Source: Spirochaetota bacterium (GTDB taxonomy: Bacteria; Spirochaetota; UBA4802; UBA5550). Taken from it: DNA of 64,000 bases. Shown piece by piece: positions 40,130 through 50,297 of the stretch; the first letter of the stretch is position 1; every line of letters begins with the position of its first letter. The notes under the pieces were generated by a model, which searched no databases, had not been told where the DNA came from, and saw only the letters and a program-made list of their open reading frames with translations. Location of the stretch: the NCBI GenBank assembly GCA_963664815.2, contig CAXXHB010000003.1, forward strand, positions 3,616,001-3,680,000, given 5' to 3'. Made by a program: the position numbers and the translations under genes.

Positions 40130-41917
40130 ATGAAGATAATATTTTTCATATTTATAACCGGTTTTCTTATGACTCTGCTTTCATTTTCTGTTTATTCCGC
40201 GGGGAAAAATACCGTAAAAAACAGTCACCGTGCGATGATACTGGACCTCTCGGACAGGAACAAAACAGGGGACACGGAACTAGCCGCCCTGAAACATTTC
40301 TTTGATATTTTTGCCATACAGTTCACTGTCACTGACAATATAGCGACAGCATCCGCAGCCCCTGTAATTTTTACTGCCGGTGATCTCCGGAACACCACAT
40401 TCTCTCCCGTTGAACTTCAGCAGATCTATACATATGTTGAAAACGGAGGGGTACTGGTATCACAGGTTGTAACAGGAAACAGGCTTTTCCCCCTGTTCGG
40501 GATAAGCAGCATGGATGAAAGCAGGAAAAGGTACAGAATCAGCTTCAGAAAACCTTCTGCAGATATTGCTCTTCGTTACCTTGACCGCCCGGAAGAGCAG
40601 ACTGTTTCTCTGGGAAATAAAAAATTATACCGCGAAGTGATATGGACTCATTCGTTTACAGTTACCGACGCAAAAACGCTTGCAACAACCGAAGACAATA
40701 AAACAGTTTTTTCCGTTAACCAGTATGGCGAAGGGTTTGCCTACGCTCTGGGAGTTTCCCTGAGCGATGCAGTTCTGCTTCCTCACGTCGGTAACGATTA
40801 TGAAGCACAGCGCGGCTGGATCAACACATTCGAACCCGGCTCTGACGTATTTATTCTTATTATGAAGTCGATTTACGAGCAGTATACAAACCCCTTTGTC
40901 TACCTCCATACCATACCATACGGTAAAAAAACAGCCCTTATTTTATCACATGATGTTGATGCGCAGTTATCATTTCCCAACATGATAAAATACGCCGAGC
41001 TGGAAAAACGTTTCGGTGTCAGCGGGACCTATTTCATAACGACAAAATATTTTAAAGACGAAATGGATATAGGATATTATGACAGTGAACGGATTGAATA
41101 TATAAAAAAAGTAAAAGAACTGGGTGGAGATATCGGTTCTCACACGGTAACACATTCCATAATTTTTGAAAAATTCCCCGTGGGCAGCAGTAATACCACC
41201 CGGAGCAATTATAAGGTTATCACCGCCCCGACAGTTTTTGGCGAGGTTAAAGTCAGCAAGGAGCTGCTGGATCATGATATCATGTCACAAAACACGATCG
41301 CTTTCAGATCAGGGAACCTGCGATATCCGGAAGCTCTCATCGACATACTGGAAAAATCGGGCTACAGATATGATTCATCTCTCTCTGCAAACGATATCAT
41401 GTGCAACTATGCGTTCAAGGCTTTCAGGTTCAGAAAAACAGGTTCGGAGGTATCCTCCGTAATTGAAATACCTGTAATATTTGATGATTCACAGGGATTG
41501 CTGACACCGGGTAATATGAATGAACTTGTTGCCAAGTGGATTGATATTATCAATGCAAACGGCGACAACGAGGCAATTTCAGTGCTTCTGATTCACCCTT
41601 CAGAAACAGGATATAAACTTAAAGCTGAAGAAACCCTTCTGTCGCAGACAAGCGGCGGAAAAATCTGGACAGGTAACCTTTCTCAATACGGCGATTTCTG
41701 GGCGGCAAGAAACAGATATGAGTATGACACTGAAATAAACGGAACAACCCTGACGATTAAACTGCTGAGCCGGAAAGTTGACAGCAGAATAAGCTTCTGC
41801 ATTAAAAACATGGAGCATATCACCGAGATCCGTGTTACTGATTCCAGGAATAAAACTCTTAAATTCACGCGTACTCAGATAAAAGACAAAATACTGCTTC
41901 ACCTTGATGCAGAATAA
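40130..41917 (+). CDS. Exported polysaccharide deacetylase (CE4/NodB-like) with N-terminal GATase-like domain
   Basis: SHDVD, GSHTVTH, FRSG, YDSS, LIHP motifs; YVENGG in the N-terminal domain. Confidence 0.8.
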   Translation: MKIIFFIFITGFLMTLLSFSVYSAGKNTVKNSHRAMILDLSDRNKTGDTELAALKHFFDIFAIQFTVTDNIATASAAPVIFTAGDLRNTTFSPVELQQIYTYVENGGVLVSQVVTGNRLFPLFGISSMDESRKRYRISFRKPSADIALRYLDRPEEQTVSLGNKKLYREVIWTHSFTVTDAKTLATTEDNKTVFSVNQYGEGFAYALGVSLSDAVLLPHVGNDYEAQRGWINTFEPGSDVFILIMKSIYEQYTNPFVYLHTIPYGKKTALILSHDVDAQLSFPNMIKYAELEKRFGVSGTYFITTKYFKDEMDIGYYDSERIEYIKKVKELGGDIGSHTVTHSIIFEKFPVGSSNTTRSNYKVITAPTVFGEVKVSKELLDHDIMSQNTIAFRSGNLRYPEALIDILEKSGYRYDSSLSANDIMCNYAFKAFRFRKTGSEVSSVIEIPVIFDDSQGLLTPGNMNELVAKWIDIINANGDNEAISVLLIHPSETGYKLKAEETLLSQTSGGKIWTGNLSQYGDFWAARNRYEYDTEINGTTLTIKLLSRKVDSRISFCIKNMEHITEIRVTDSRNKTLKFTRTQIKDKILLHLDAE

Positions 41918-42186
41918 AGTCATAAAACCAGTCCGCTGACAGACTTCCCCGGAGTATTGAAAAAAGGATAATTGTACAATAAGAATTCCTTAACTTTTAT
42001 AAGAAAAAATACTCTATTTTCTCCACCCCCGGGGCAGCAGACAAATAATATCGTTTATTTTACAACAAAATATATGTTAAAGAATTAACACTGATAAATT
42101 TTTAATTATTTACTGAAACTTTACATCCTAATAAAATATACCCTTCAGGCCGATAAATATTTCAGGAGAATACTCTTTATAAAACG

Positions 42187-42684
42187 ATGAAAAAGACTGA
42201 AAAAAAAATTATTATTCCGGACCTGAAAGAATTTACCGATGACAGCGGTAAAAAGTGGGTACAGACATCAACTGAGGATTTATTCACAATAAAAGAACTC
42301 AACGAAATTATCACCTCAATTGAGAAAGAGAGGGCAAAGGATGAAGTTGTATTCGCACGAATCGATTTTCAGAAAGTTGACAAAGAATTCTACGATACAG
42401 CCATTGAACTGCAGCAGAGACTGAAAAAACAGGGAAAGCTTCTGCAGAACTACGTCGCTGAAACAAAAAAAGTCATAGATAGAAAAAACCTGAAGCTTAA
42501 AGAGCTTATTGAATATATAAAAAATCTGCACCAGTTTATAGCCCACATGAACGCCCGTCCGGAAGATATAGACAACATGAATATATCGATGGCGCTTGAA
42601 TACCGCGGAGAAGGTACGGATAAAGTAGTCTCTGAATACGAGGAAGTTGAGGAAAAAGTAATGTCTGTCGGCGATGAAGAATAA
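42187..42684 (+). CDS. Hypothetical coiled-coil protein
   Basis: 165-aa ORF with AGGAG RBS, heptad-rich and acidic C-terminus. Confidence 0.7.
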   Translation: MKKTEKKIIIPDLKEFTDDSGKKWVQTSTEDLFTIKELNEIITSIEKERAKDEVVFARIDFQKVDKEFYDTAIELQQRLKKQGKLLQNYVAETKKVIDRKNLKLKELIEYIKNLHQFIAHMNARPEDIDNMNISMALEYRGEGTDKVVSEYEEVEEKVMSVGDEE

Positions 42685-42765
42685 ATAGCTGAAAAATGTT
42701 TGACATAAAAATCCTCCAAAGAAGTTATTTTCAGATATAACCCATTTACTGACCCGGAGGATGCT

Positions 42766-44196
42766 GTGCCCCTTAAAATATACAACACGCTGACAAGAAA
42801 AGTCGAGGAGCTGATACCCGGCGGAATAAGGAAAAATACACCCGAAGAGTACCCCCCTGTAACAATCTATTCATGCGGTCCCACAGTCTACAGCTATGCG
42901 CATATAGGCAATTTCAGAACATTTATTTCCAACGATTTTCTCAGGCGTTACCTGAAGTTCAGGGGATTTCGGGTAAACCACGCAATGAACATCACAGATG
43001 TTGATGACAAGACCATAAAGGGATCACAACAGGAGGGTGTTACACTCGCGGAATATACCAAAAAATATACCGGGATATTCTACGAAGATTTGAAGACACT
43101 GAATATTGAACCAGTTGAGCACAATCCGAAAGCGACAGAATCTGTCGATGAGATGATAAATATACTGAAAAGGATTGATGAAAACGGAATCCTCTATGAA
43201 AAGGATGGATCACTCTACTTCAATATATCAAAGTTCCCGGATTATGGGAAACTCTCCCTTCTCGACAAAAGAGAGATAAAGTCGGGTGTGAGCTTTGACG
43301 CTGACGAATACGAGAAAGAGGACGTGCGTGATTTCGCCCTCTGGAAAGCACCTAAGGCGAACGAACCCTTCTGGGAAACACCATACGGACCCGGCAGGCC
43401 GGGATGGCACATTGAATGCTCAGCGATGATAAGAAAAATTTTTGGTACCACAATAGATATTCACACAGGGGGAGTTGACCTGGTTTTCCCTCACCATGAA
43501 AATGAAATAGCACAGAGCGAAGCAGCATACGGAGAGAAATTCGTCCGCCACTGGATTCATACGGAGCACCTCCTTGTTGACGGAGCCAAGATGTCCAAAT
43601 CGGCGGGCAATTTTTACACGCTGAGGGATCTTCTCGCCAGAGGGTACTCTCCCCGTTCAATCAGATACCTCCTTATGTCAGCACACTATAAAAAGCAGCT
43701 GAACTTCACTCTGGAGGGAATAACACAGGCAGACCAGGCACTTGAAAGGATTGATAACTTTATATTACGGCTGAATGACAGAAAAAACACCTCCGGGGAA
43801 AACCCCGGGATTGAAAATATCTGTTCAGCATTAATTCATGAATTCATTGAAACAGTTGATAATGACCTGAACATTTCCGGCGGGCTTGGAGTATTCTTTG
43901 ACTTTATCCATAAAATAAATACATTGATTTCAGAGGATAAAGTCTCAGGCAGAGATTCGGAGATCGTTTTTGAGACGTTAAAAAAAATCGACCATGTTTT
44001 CGGATTTATATTCGCAGTTTCTGATGAAACAGAAGATGCCGACAGGGAGAGAATTGATCTTCTTGTAAATGAAAGAATTGAGGCCAAGAAAAACAAACAG
44101 TTTGCCCGTGCCGACGAAATACGCGAGCTTCTTAAAAGCGAGGGTGTAATTCTTGAAGATACCAAAGACGGAACAAGATGGAAAAGAAAGAAATAA
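42766..44196 (+). CDS. cysS: Cysteine--tRNA ligase
   Basis: CGPTVY, HIGN, NITDVDDK, DFALWK, GRPGWHIECSAM, FPHHENE, KMSKS. Confidence 0.99.
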   Translation: MPLKIYNTLTRKVEELIPGGIRKNTPEEYPPVTIYSCGPTVYSYAHIGNFRTFISNDFLRRYLKFRGFRVNHAMNITDVDDKTIKGSQQEGVTLAEYTKKYTGIFYEDLKTLNIEPVEHNPKATESVDEMINILKRIDENGILYEKDGSLYFNISKFPDYGKLSLLDKREIKSGVSFDADEYEKEDVRDFALWKAPKANEPFWETPYGPGRPGWHIECSAMIRKIFGTTIDIHTGGVDLVFPHHENEIAQSEAAYGEKFVRHWIHTEHLLVDGAKMSKSAGNFYTLRDLLARGYSPRSIRYLLMSAHYKKQLNFTLEGITQADQALERIDNFILRLNDRKNTSGENPGIENICSALIHEFIETVDNDLNISGGLGVFFDFIHKINTLISEDKVSGRDSEIVFETLKKIDHVFGFIFAVSDETEDADRERIDLLVNERIEAKKNKQFARADEIRELLKSEGVILEDTKDGTRWKRKK

Positions 44197-44915
44197 TAAC
44201 AGGGAGAAATCCCGTAATAGAATACCTTGACAGCATTGAAGACGGCAGCGGACTTGAACTCCATATTTCGTCATCAGCTCACGGCAAAATAATAGCGGAC
44301 ATACAGCAGCTCTGCAGAAGAAAAAAAGTAAAGATTATCACAGAGGACAAATCTTTTTTTAAAGAGGTAAGTCCGGCTTCAACACATCAGGGGGTGGCTC
44401 TGCATATAACCTCAAGAAGAAAAGAGATAAATCCTTTTGAACTTCTGAAGAGAATATCAGATGAAAAAGGATTTGTTATTCTTCTTGACCAGATAACTGA
44501 TCCGCACAACCTCGGTTCAATAATACGTTCCGCAGAAGCTTTAGGCTGCGATGCCGTCATCCTCCCCAAAAACAATTCCGCAGAGGTAAACGAGACTGTA
44601 ATCAAAACCTCCGCGGGAGCTACCGCACATATAGAGATTATCACAATAGTAAACGTTTCACAGATTCTCGACGAGATGAAAGAACTCGGTTTCTGGATTG
44701 TCGGGACAAGCGATCACGGGACACTGCCTGTTACAAAACTTGGCGAAGTGCATCCGGCATGCATCATCATCGGGAGTGAAGGGAAAGGGATGAGGCGGCT
44801 AACTGAAGAGAAGTGTGATTATATCGTATCTATTCCGCTTAAGGGTAAAGTCTCGTCACTTAATGCTTCGGTAGCTGCCGGGATTATCATGTATGAACTG
44901 ACAAGAGTTTCATAA
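44178..44915 (+). CDS. rlmB: 23S rRNA (guanosine-2251-2'-O)-methyltransferase
   Basis: GRNPV, HQGV, DPHNLGSIIRSA, KTSAGA, GSEGKG, SLNASVA; follows cysS. Confidence 0.95.
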   Translation: MEKKEIITGRNPVIEYLDSIEDGSGLELHISSSAHGKIIADIQQLCRRKKVKIITEDKSFFKEVSPASTHQGVALHITSRRKEINPFELLKRISDEKGFVILLDQITDPHNLGSIIRSAEALGCDAVILPKNNSAEVNETVIKTSAGATAHIEIITIVNVSQILDEMKELGFWIVGTSDHGTLPVTKLGEVHPACIIIGSEGKGMRRLTEEKCDYIVSIPLKGKVSSLNASVAAGIIMYELTRVS

Positions 44916-44918
44916 AGA

Positions 44919-46070
44919 TCAGTCGGCCTGCAGCATAATCTCACCCCACATTTCGCGGTTTTCCATGCCAAGCCGCCAGAAACCGATAGAGTCAACAAAA
45001 TCGCGGTAATAGAGAAACTTTTCCATGGTTGCATTGACATCATCGCAGAAAAGAATTTCCTTATCGCTTCCTTTATACATAATTTTAAATCCTGTGTCGG
45101 TAGAGTATTCCTTTACGGAATGTTTTGAAGCCAGAAGATCTGATATATGACTGGATTTTACTGAACGGCTTTTTACCACATGCCTTGTAATTATTACCGG
45201 CTTTGCTTTTTTACTCTTACTGTGCTTTTTGCTGTTCCTGGCGTTTTTCTTTTTATTGGGATAAATCTTTGTTACAATTTTCATATCCTTCCAGGATCTT
45301 CCGTAAAGAGGAATGCCCATTATCAGCTTGTCAGATGGTATTATACTTTTTGAATATACCATGATATCCCTGCACCATGAAAGCGAAGCAACCGGACCCG
45401 GTTTGCTTGTACTCCAGTGCTGATCATAGGCCATAATGAATACCTTGTCGACGACTTCCGATATCGATTTATAATCATAAGCATCTTCAACCTTTACTGT
45501 CTTCGGCGGAAGAGCAATGCTGAATATTTTGCCCGGCTCGAGGCCGGCCTTTATCATCTTTAAAAATTCAAGAAAAACAGCGGAATCCTTCTCTCCAATT
45601 GCTTCGAAATCTATCTGAACTCCATCAAATTTTTTTGAAACCTCAATAATATCTTTAACCATCTGATCTCTGAGTGCGTTTCCGGGATCAAGGATTTTAT
45701 GCATAACTTTTGAATTAGGATAGTCAGTGATCACCATGTGAATTCTTCTTTTATTTCCGTTTATAAAGGGTAATTCCGGGGGGGTGACATTAATATTTAT
45801 CTTCCCCTCAGAGTTTACACCGCAGCTGAAGTAGCAGACATCGGTAACCGGCTCGTCACCCCTGAAGACCTTTTCCTCACCCCTCATGAGGTATCCCCAC
45901 ACCTCCCTGAACTTTACAGGGAACAGAACTTCACTCTTCACGTTCTCACCTGTATCCAGGGATGCACTCTTCTTTTCAATACTTTTACTGCTGGTTTCTG
46001 TGGATGCGTATATCCGGCCTGTAATACAAAGAGTGAAAATGGTTATAACTATATAAATGGTCTTCTTCAT
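44919..46070 (-). CDS. Exported GH18-like glycoside hydrolase
   Basis: FDGVQIDFE, IMAYDQH, PGPVA, KLIMGIPLYG, FWRLG. Confidence 0.85.
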   Translation of the reverse strand: MKKTIYIVITIFTLCITGRIYASTETSSKSIEKKSASLDTGENVKSEVLFPVKFREVWGYLMRGEEKVFRGDEPVTDVCYFSCGVNSEGKININVTPPELPFINGNKRRIHMVITDYPNSKVMHKILDPGNALRDQMVKDIIEVSKKFDGVQIDFEAIGEKDSAVFLEFLKMIKAGLEPGKIFSIALPPKTVKVEDAYDYKSISEVVDKVFIMAYDQHWSTSKPGPVASLSWCRDIMVYSKSIIPSDKLIMGIPLYGRSWKDMKIVTKIYPNKKKNARNSKKHSKSKKAKPVIITRHVVKSRSVKSSHISDLLASKHSVKEYSTDTGFKIMYKGSDKEILFCDDVNATMEKFLYYRDFVDSIGFWRLGMENREMWGEIMLQAD

Positions 46071-46322
46071 GTCAGCCTTTTCCTTATTATTCCTTTCTTA
46101 ATGCTAACCGTATAATATTATGACTTATATACAATTTCAGTATATAAAATTTTAATAAATCCCCGGTTATGGATTAATTCTGCTCTTAATTATCTTATCG
46201 GGTAATAAACAGCATTGTATTGCTTAAAAATTATTATCCGGCCGGCACAGATAAAAATTTTTTACGATTCTGTAAACGCCTGAAATTGATACTGAGTTTT
46301 AACAGTAAATTCAACACAGCTG

Positions 46323-46844
46323 TCATTGTTGTATAACTTTTGATATTCCAAGTGTAACAAGATCACATAATATTGTAAAAAGCATTACCGTAAAAAGATT
46401 TTTTATTCTGCTGTACTTGATCTCGGCTATTTTTGACAGCACGTATAATTGTACTATAAGATCCTCTTCACGATCTTTGTTAAGATACTGATTTTTAAAA
46501 TCCTCAAAGGTCATCTTTGCAACATCATACCAGAAAATTGCAGAGCGCTCGCTTCCTATAAGATATTTTTCTTTCTTTACCTGCGGAAATACTATGCTGT
46601 AAAACTCGCTGAAGGTACCGAACAACCCGCCGATGCACACGAGGAGAAGTGACGATAGTAAAAAAAAGTTAAATGTACCCGGCTCTCCGATAACTATATA
46701 CCTTACTACACGGGAAAAGCCTTGGTGGCAGAAACCTGTTACTGTGCAGACAACTGCTACGGAAATGTAAGCCTTCTGATCCGCACCTTTAATCTGGTCG
46801 GTAATGTAAAGAAGGTGATACCATGGTCGTATGTCATGATTCAT
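46323..46844 (-). CDS. Pycsar effector-like (DUF5706/PycTM) membrane protein
   Basis: QIKGADQKA, 3 TMs, IVFP, IFW.DVA, Q...LSKIAEIKY. Confidence 0.7.
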   Translation of the reverse strand: MNHDIRPWYHLLYITDQIKGADQKAYISVAVVCTVTGFCHQGFSRVVRYIVIGEPGTFNFFLLSSLLLVCIGGLFGTFSEFYSIVFPQVKKEKYLIGSERSAIFWYDVAKMTFEDFKNQYLNKDREEDLIVQLYVLSKIAEIKYSRIKNLFTVMLFTILCDLVTLGISKVIQQ

Positions 46845-47179
46845 AATTTTCTCTGTTTATAAGATTTAACTGTTATTTTATTTAGAACAGTTGCCGGCAG
46901 CAGTCAATTACAATCTTTACAAAACTTCAAAAACCTGCATTAAAACCCGCATGTTTAAAAAAATATCGTTAAAAAATCAGTAAAACACTATACATGGAAA
47001 TGCCATGATTCAGATGGTTTGTCTGCGATAAAACTATGCAGGTAAAAAACCGCTTATCATTGTTGACATGAGCAGTAAAATAAGTTTTACTTAGTTATGT
47101 TCAGCCCGATTATCAAAATAAGATCTCCGGAAATCATGATTCCATAACAGGCGACGGATGAATTATACAGGGGGTATAT

Positions 47180-47629
47180 ATGGCAATTTATCTTTCACAA
47201 CATGGGAAGTGTCACTCATCTGAAACTGATCCGGACAGAAAGCTTACTGACGACGGGAGAACTGAAAGCGGTATAACCGGAAAAATTCTCAGGGATAAAA
47301 ACGTACATATAAGCAGGATAGTACATAGCGGTAAAACGAGGGCATATGAAACAGCTGCTGTTTTCTCCGGTTATCTGACACCTGAGAAGGGCATCATCGC
47401 TATGGATGGGATGGACCCCAATGACAGCGTTGAGACTTTTGCCGTAAATACATCCTTTGATGACACACTTTACGTAGGTCACCTGCCGTTTATGGAAAAA
47501 CTGGCATCATATCTTGTAACCGGGGATTCCGGAACAGAAACAATAAAGTTTTACAACAGCGGAATTGTCTGCCTGGAGCGGGACAATATCAGTGGAAAGG
47601 TTTGCATCAGCTGGACAATAACACCCTGA
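47180..47629 (+). CDS. sixA: Phosphohistidine phosphatase SixA-like
   Basis: YLSQHG, R.LT..G, HSGKTRA.ETA, VGHLP. Confidence 0.85.
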   Translation: MAIYLSQHGKCHSSETDPDRKLTDDGRTESGITGKILRDKNVHISRIVHSGKTRAYETAAVFSGYLTPEKGIIAMDGMDPNDSVETFAVNTSFDDTLYVGHLPFMEKLASYLVTGDSGTETIKFYNSGIVCLERDNISGKVCISWTITP

Positions 47630-47653
47630 ATCAGGACGATAAAAATTAATCTT

Positions 47654-48088
47654 ATGGAGGCAATCATGCTCAGATTTACCATGTCAATACTGTTTATAAT
47701 ATTCATAACAGCCGGGGAACTGGCTATTGAAGGTATTAATCCTGCAGCCTGTCTTGCTGTAACATCTTTTACTCTCGTTTTAATAATAACACTTACAGCA
47801 ACTGCCGGGGTCTGGAAGCTTTCAGAAATTTCAGAGGCATTTCACGACGCATTCACTGAAAACCGGAGTTCAGCCGGCAGATCATTCAGAATCTTCAACT
47901 TCATGGAAAAGATGTTCTATGCCAGCGGTATAATCTGTACACTCCTTGGAATAATAACGGTGTTATCACAGATTAATGATATGGAAAAGATCGGGAAAGG
48001 CGCTGCATTCGGCATCACAGGAATTCTGTACGGTGTTTTCCTCGGAATAATTGCAAGGATGCTGAAAGAAAGGACAATACATGAATAA
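47654..48088 (+). CDS. Short MotA/TolQ/ExbB-like membrane protein
   Basis: GIICTLLGII.VL...IGKG.A....ILYG pattern. Confidence 0.6.
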   Translation: MEAIMLRFTMSILFIIFITAGELAIEGINPAACLAVTSFTLVLIITLTATAGVWKLSEISEAFHDAFTENRSSAGRSFRIFNFMEKMFYASGIICTLLGIITVLSQINDMEKIGKGAAFGITGILYGVFLGIIARMLKERTIHE

Positions 48089-48360
48089 AAAACCGTAAAA
48101 AAGACAATACAAAATATTGTGATTTTCGGCAAACAGGATTTTTCCGGGAATACAGTCGGTTTTACTCAAAAAAAATTAACCGCATATATAAAATTTTTAA
48201 AGTAATTGACATCCGTTTATTTAATATAAATAAATAGCATGCTTCTATTCCGGCAGATTCACCAGATACAGAAAGTAAGAAATACAGCTGTTGTCTGGCT
48301 GTTACATTATATAAGACAGGCCGGGAGAGATAACCTTAAACATAACCACAGGAGAGTTTT

Positions 48361-49959
48361 ATGTCTATAACTGCATTATTGCTGACACTCCTGCCTATTG
48401 TTATACTCCTCTGCATGCTTATTGTGTTCAGAAAAGCCGCAGACGTGAGCGGGATTGTAGGCTGGGCAGCAATTTCAATTGTCGCATTTTTCTTTTTCCA
48501 GACAAGCGCGGAAGTAATAGCGCGTTCAACAGTCGCAGGTCTTATCCGTTCATTCTCTGTTTCACTGATTGTGGCTACATCTCTTCTTCAGATGGCCTAT
48601 ATGGAGAAAACCGGCGCACTGAAGCGGATTATTATCTTTGTAAAAACCATCTCAAGCGAAAACCGCGCCGTACAGATAATGATGATCAACATCGGCTTCG
48701 GCACACTGATGGTTGCAGTGGGAGCTACACCGGTTTCATTACTCCCTCCCATACTTCTGGCCATGGGATATTCCACCTATGTTGCAATCGCGCTCCCGGC
48801 GATAGGGTATGATTCTCTCTGCACATATGCGCTTCTTGGCGCACCTATTGTTGTATTCGTAGACATTGCAAACAGTTTTCTCGGAAAAGGAAACGAAATT
48901 GCACTTCACCAGGCCGGTATGGTATTTTTCATGTTCCTGCCGGTAGTATCGACGCTTATAGGATTCTGCATGCTCTGGATCGTCGGAAGATGGGAGGCTA
49001 TAAAGCAGGGATGGCTCCCGTGCCTTATAACAGGGGCTGTAATCGGTGTTGTGGCATTCTTTACCAATCATTATGACAACCTTGTTGTACTTACAGGTGT
49101 ACTCTGCGGGATTGCCGTAATTATAACAATGGCGCTTTACCTAAAAGTAACAGGTAAAAAGATAATCGACAGAAGCGGGCTCACTCATGAGGAAATTGAA
49201 TATGAAAAGACTTTTCCTCTCTGGAAAGCGCTCAGTCCGTGGCTTCTTCTTATCATTCTCATTCTTGCACTTAATATACCACAGGATATGTTTAACTATC
49301 TTTACCGGACTCTTAAACTCCCGGTCACGGGCCTCACTGCCGACGGCAAGCCTCTTGATACACGCGCGCTGTGGCAGGCATATACCTGGATCTTTGTCAG
49401 TATAATTATTTCAATGCCGCTTCTTAAACCCACCGGAACCCAGATAAAAGAGACACTTAAAACATGGTGGAAGAGAGCCCCAAGGCCTGTGTTTGCCGCT
49501 GCGATATTCTTTGCAATCGGCGAGATTATGAATATGTCCGGTTTCAGTATGGCAACAGGTCAGTTTGCAGTCCCCAGTATGGTAAAGGTTCTTGCTGATT
49601 ATTCAGCCCAGTTTTTTCAGGGAGCATACGGCGTTATTGTCGCGTCTATAGGTCTCTTCGGCGGTTTTATAACAGGAAGCGAGGCTTCAACAATCGCTAT
49701 GTTCGCCAAATATACTCTCACAACCGCCAAAAACCTCTCAATGCCGCTGATAGGTATGATTATAGTCACGGCAGGACTTGCATTCGGAGGTGGTCTGGCC
49801 AGCGTTATATCACCGGCAAAACTTCAGAATGCTGCAGCTTCAATTGATAAAATCGGCGAGGAGAACAAAGTAATAAGAATAGCATTTGTGTTCTCCATTA
49901 TACTTACTGCAGTAACATCAATTTTTGTAGTAATACTTCTTAAATTTAACGGAATCTGA
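48361..49959 (+). CDS. L-lactate permease family transporter
   Basis: About 14 TMs, GGFITGSE, SVISPAKLQNAAA. Confidence 0.85.
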   Translation: MSITALLLTLLPIVILLCMLIVFRKAADVSGIVGWAAISIVAFFFFQTSAEVIARSTVAGLIRSFSVSLIVATSLLQMAYMEKTGALKRIIIFVKTISSENRAVQIMMINIGFGTLMVAVGATPVSLLPPILLAMGYSTYVAIALPAIGYDSLCTYALLGAPIVVFVDIANSFLGKGNEIALHQAGMVFFMFLPVVSTLIGFCMLWIVGRWEAIKQGWLPCLITGAVIGVVAFFTNHYDNLVVLTGVLCGIAVIITMALYLKVTGKKIIDRSGLTHEEIEYEKTFPLWKALSPWLLLIILILALNIPQDMFNYLYRTLKLPVTGLTADGKPLDTRALWQAYTWIFVSIIISMPLLKPTGTQIKETLKTWWKRAPRPVFAAAIFFAIGEIMNMSGFSMATGQFAVPSMVKVLADYSAQFFQGAYGVIVASIGLFGGFITGSEASTIAMFAKYTLTTAKNLSMPLIGMIIVTAGLAFGGGLASVISPAKLQNAAASIDKIGEENKVIRIAFVFSIILTAVTSIFVVILLKFNGI

Positions 49960-49969
49960 CAGCTTAACC

Positions 49970-50011
49970 TGTAACCGGCCTCATTTATTAATAAATCGGG
50001 GCCGGTTACAG
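49970..50011 (+). terminator. Hairpin after the lactate permease gene
   Basis: TGTAACCGGCC ... GGCCGGTTACA stem. Confidence 0.65.
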
Positions 50012-50297
50012 AATCGGTATGTCTTCAGGCAGATCTTTCATATTTAATGATTATAGTGTGCCGCACTTGTTTTAAATATGGCTTTCTTCAACTTATTTAA
50101 AAAATAATCTTATAAAGCTTAAAAACCTGCCGGACCTTAAACAGAGAAAAATACCCGACAATTAAAATTATCATCCATATATGATTGTCACGGTTCATCC
50201 CACTTAAAAAAATACTTGCCAATACCGGGCAATAATTATTGTTTTCATAATGAAATTATTAATATATAATAACAATTCAGAAATCAGCAGGTAAAAG

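Noticed and set aside
47180-47629. SixA with QHG instead of RHG as a novel enzyme
   Set aside because: The other motifs are normal, and one substitution is not enough to claim a new function.
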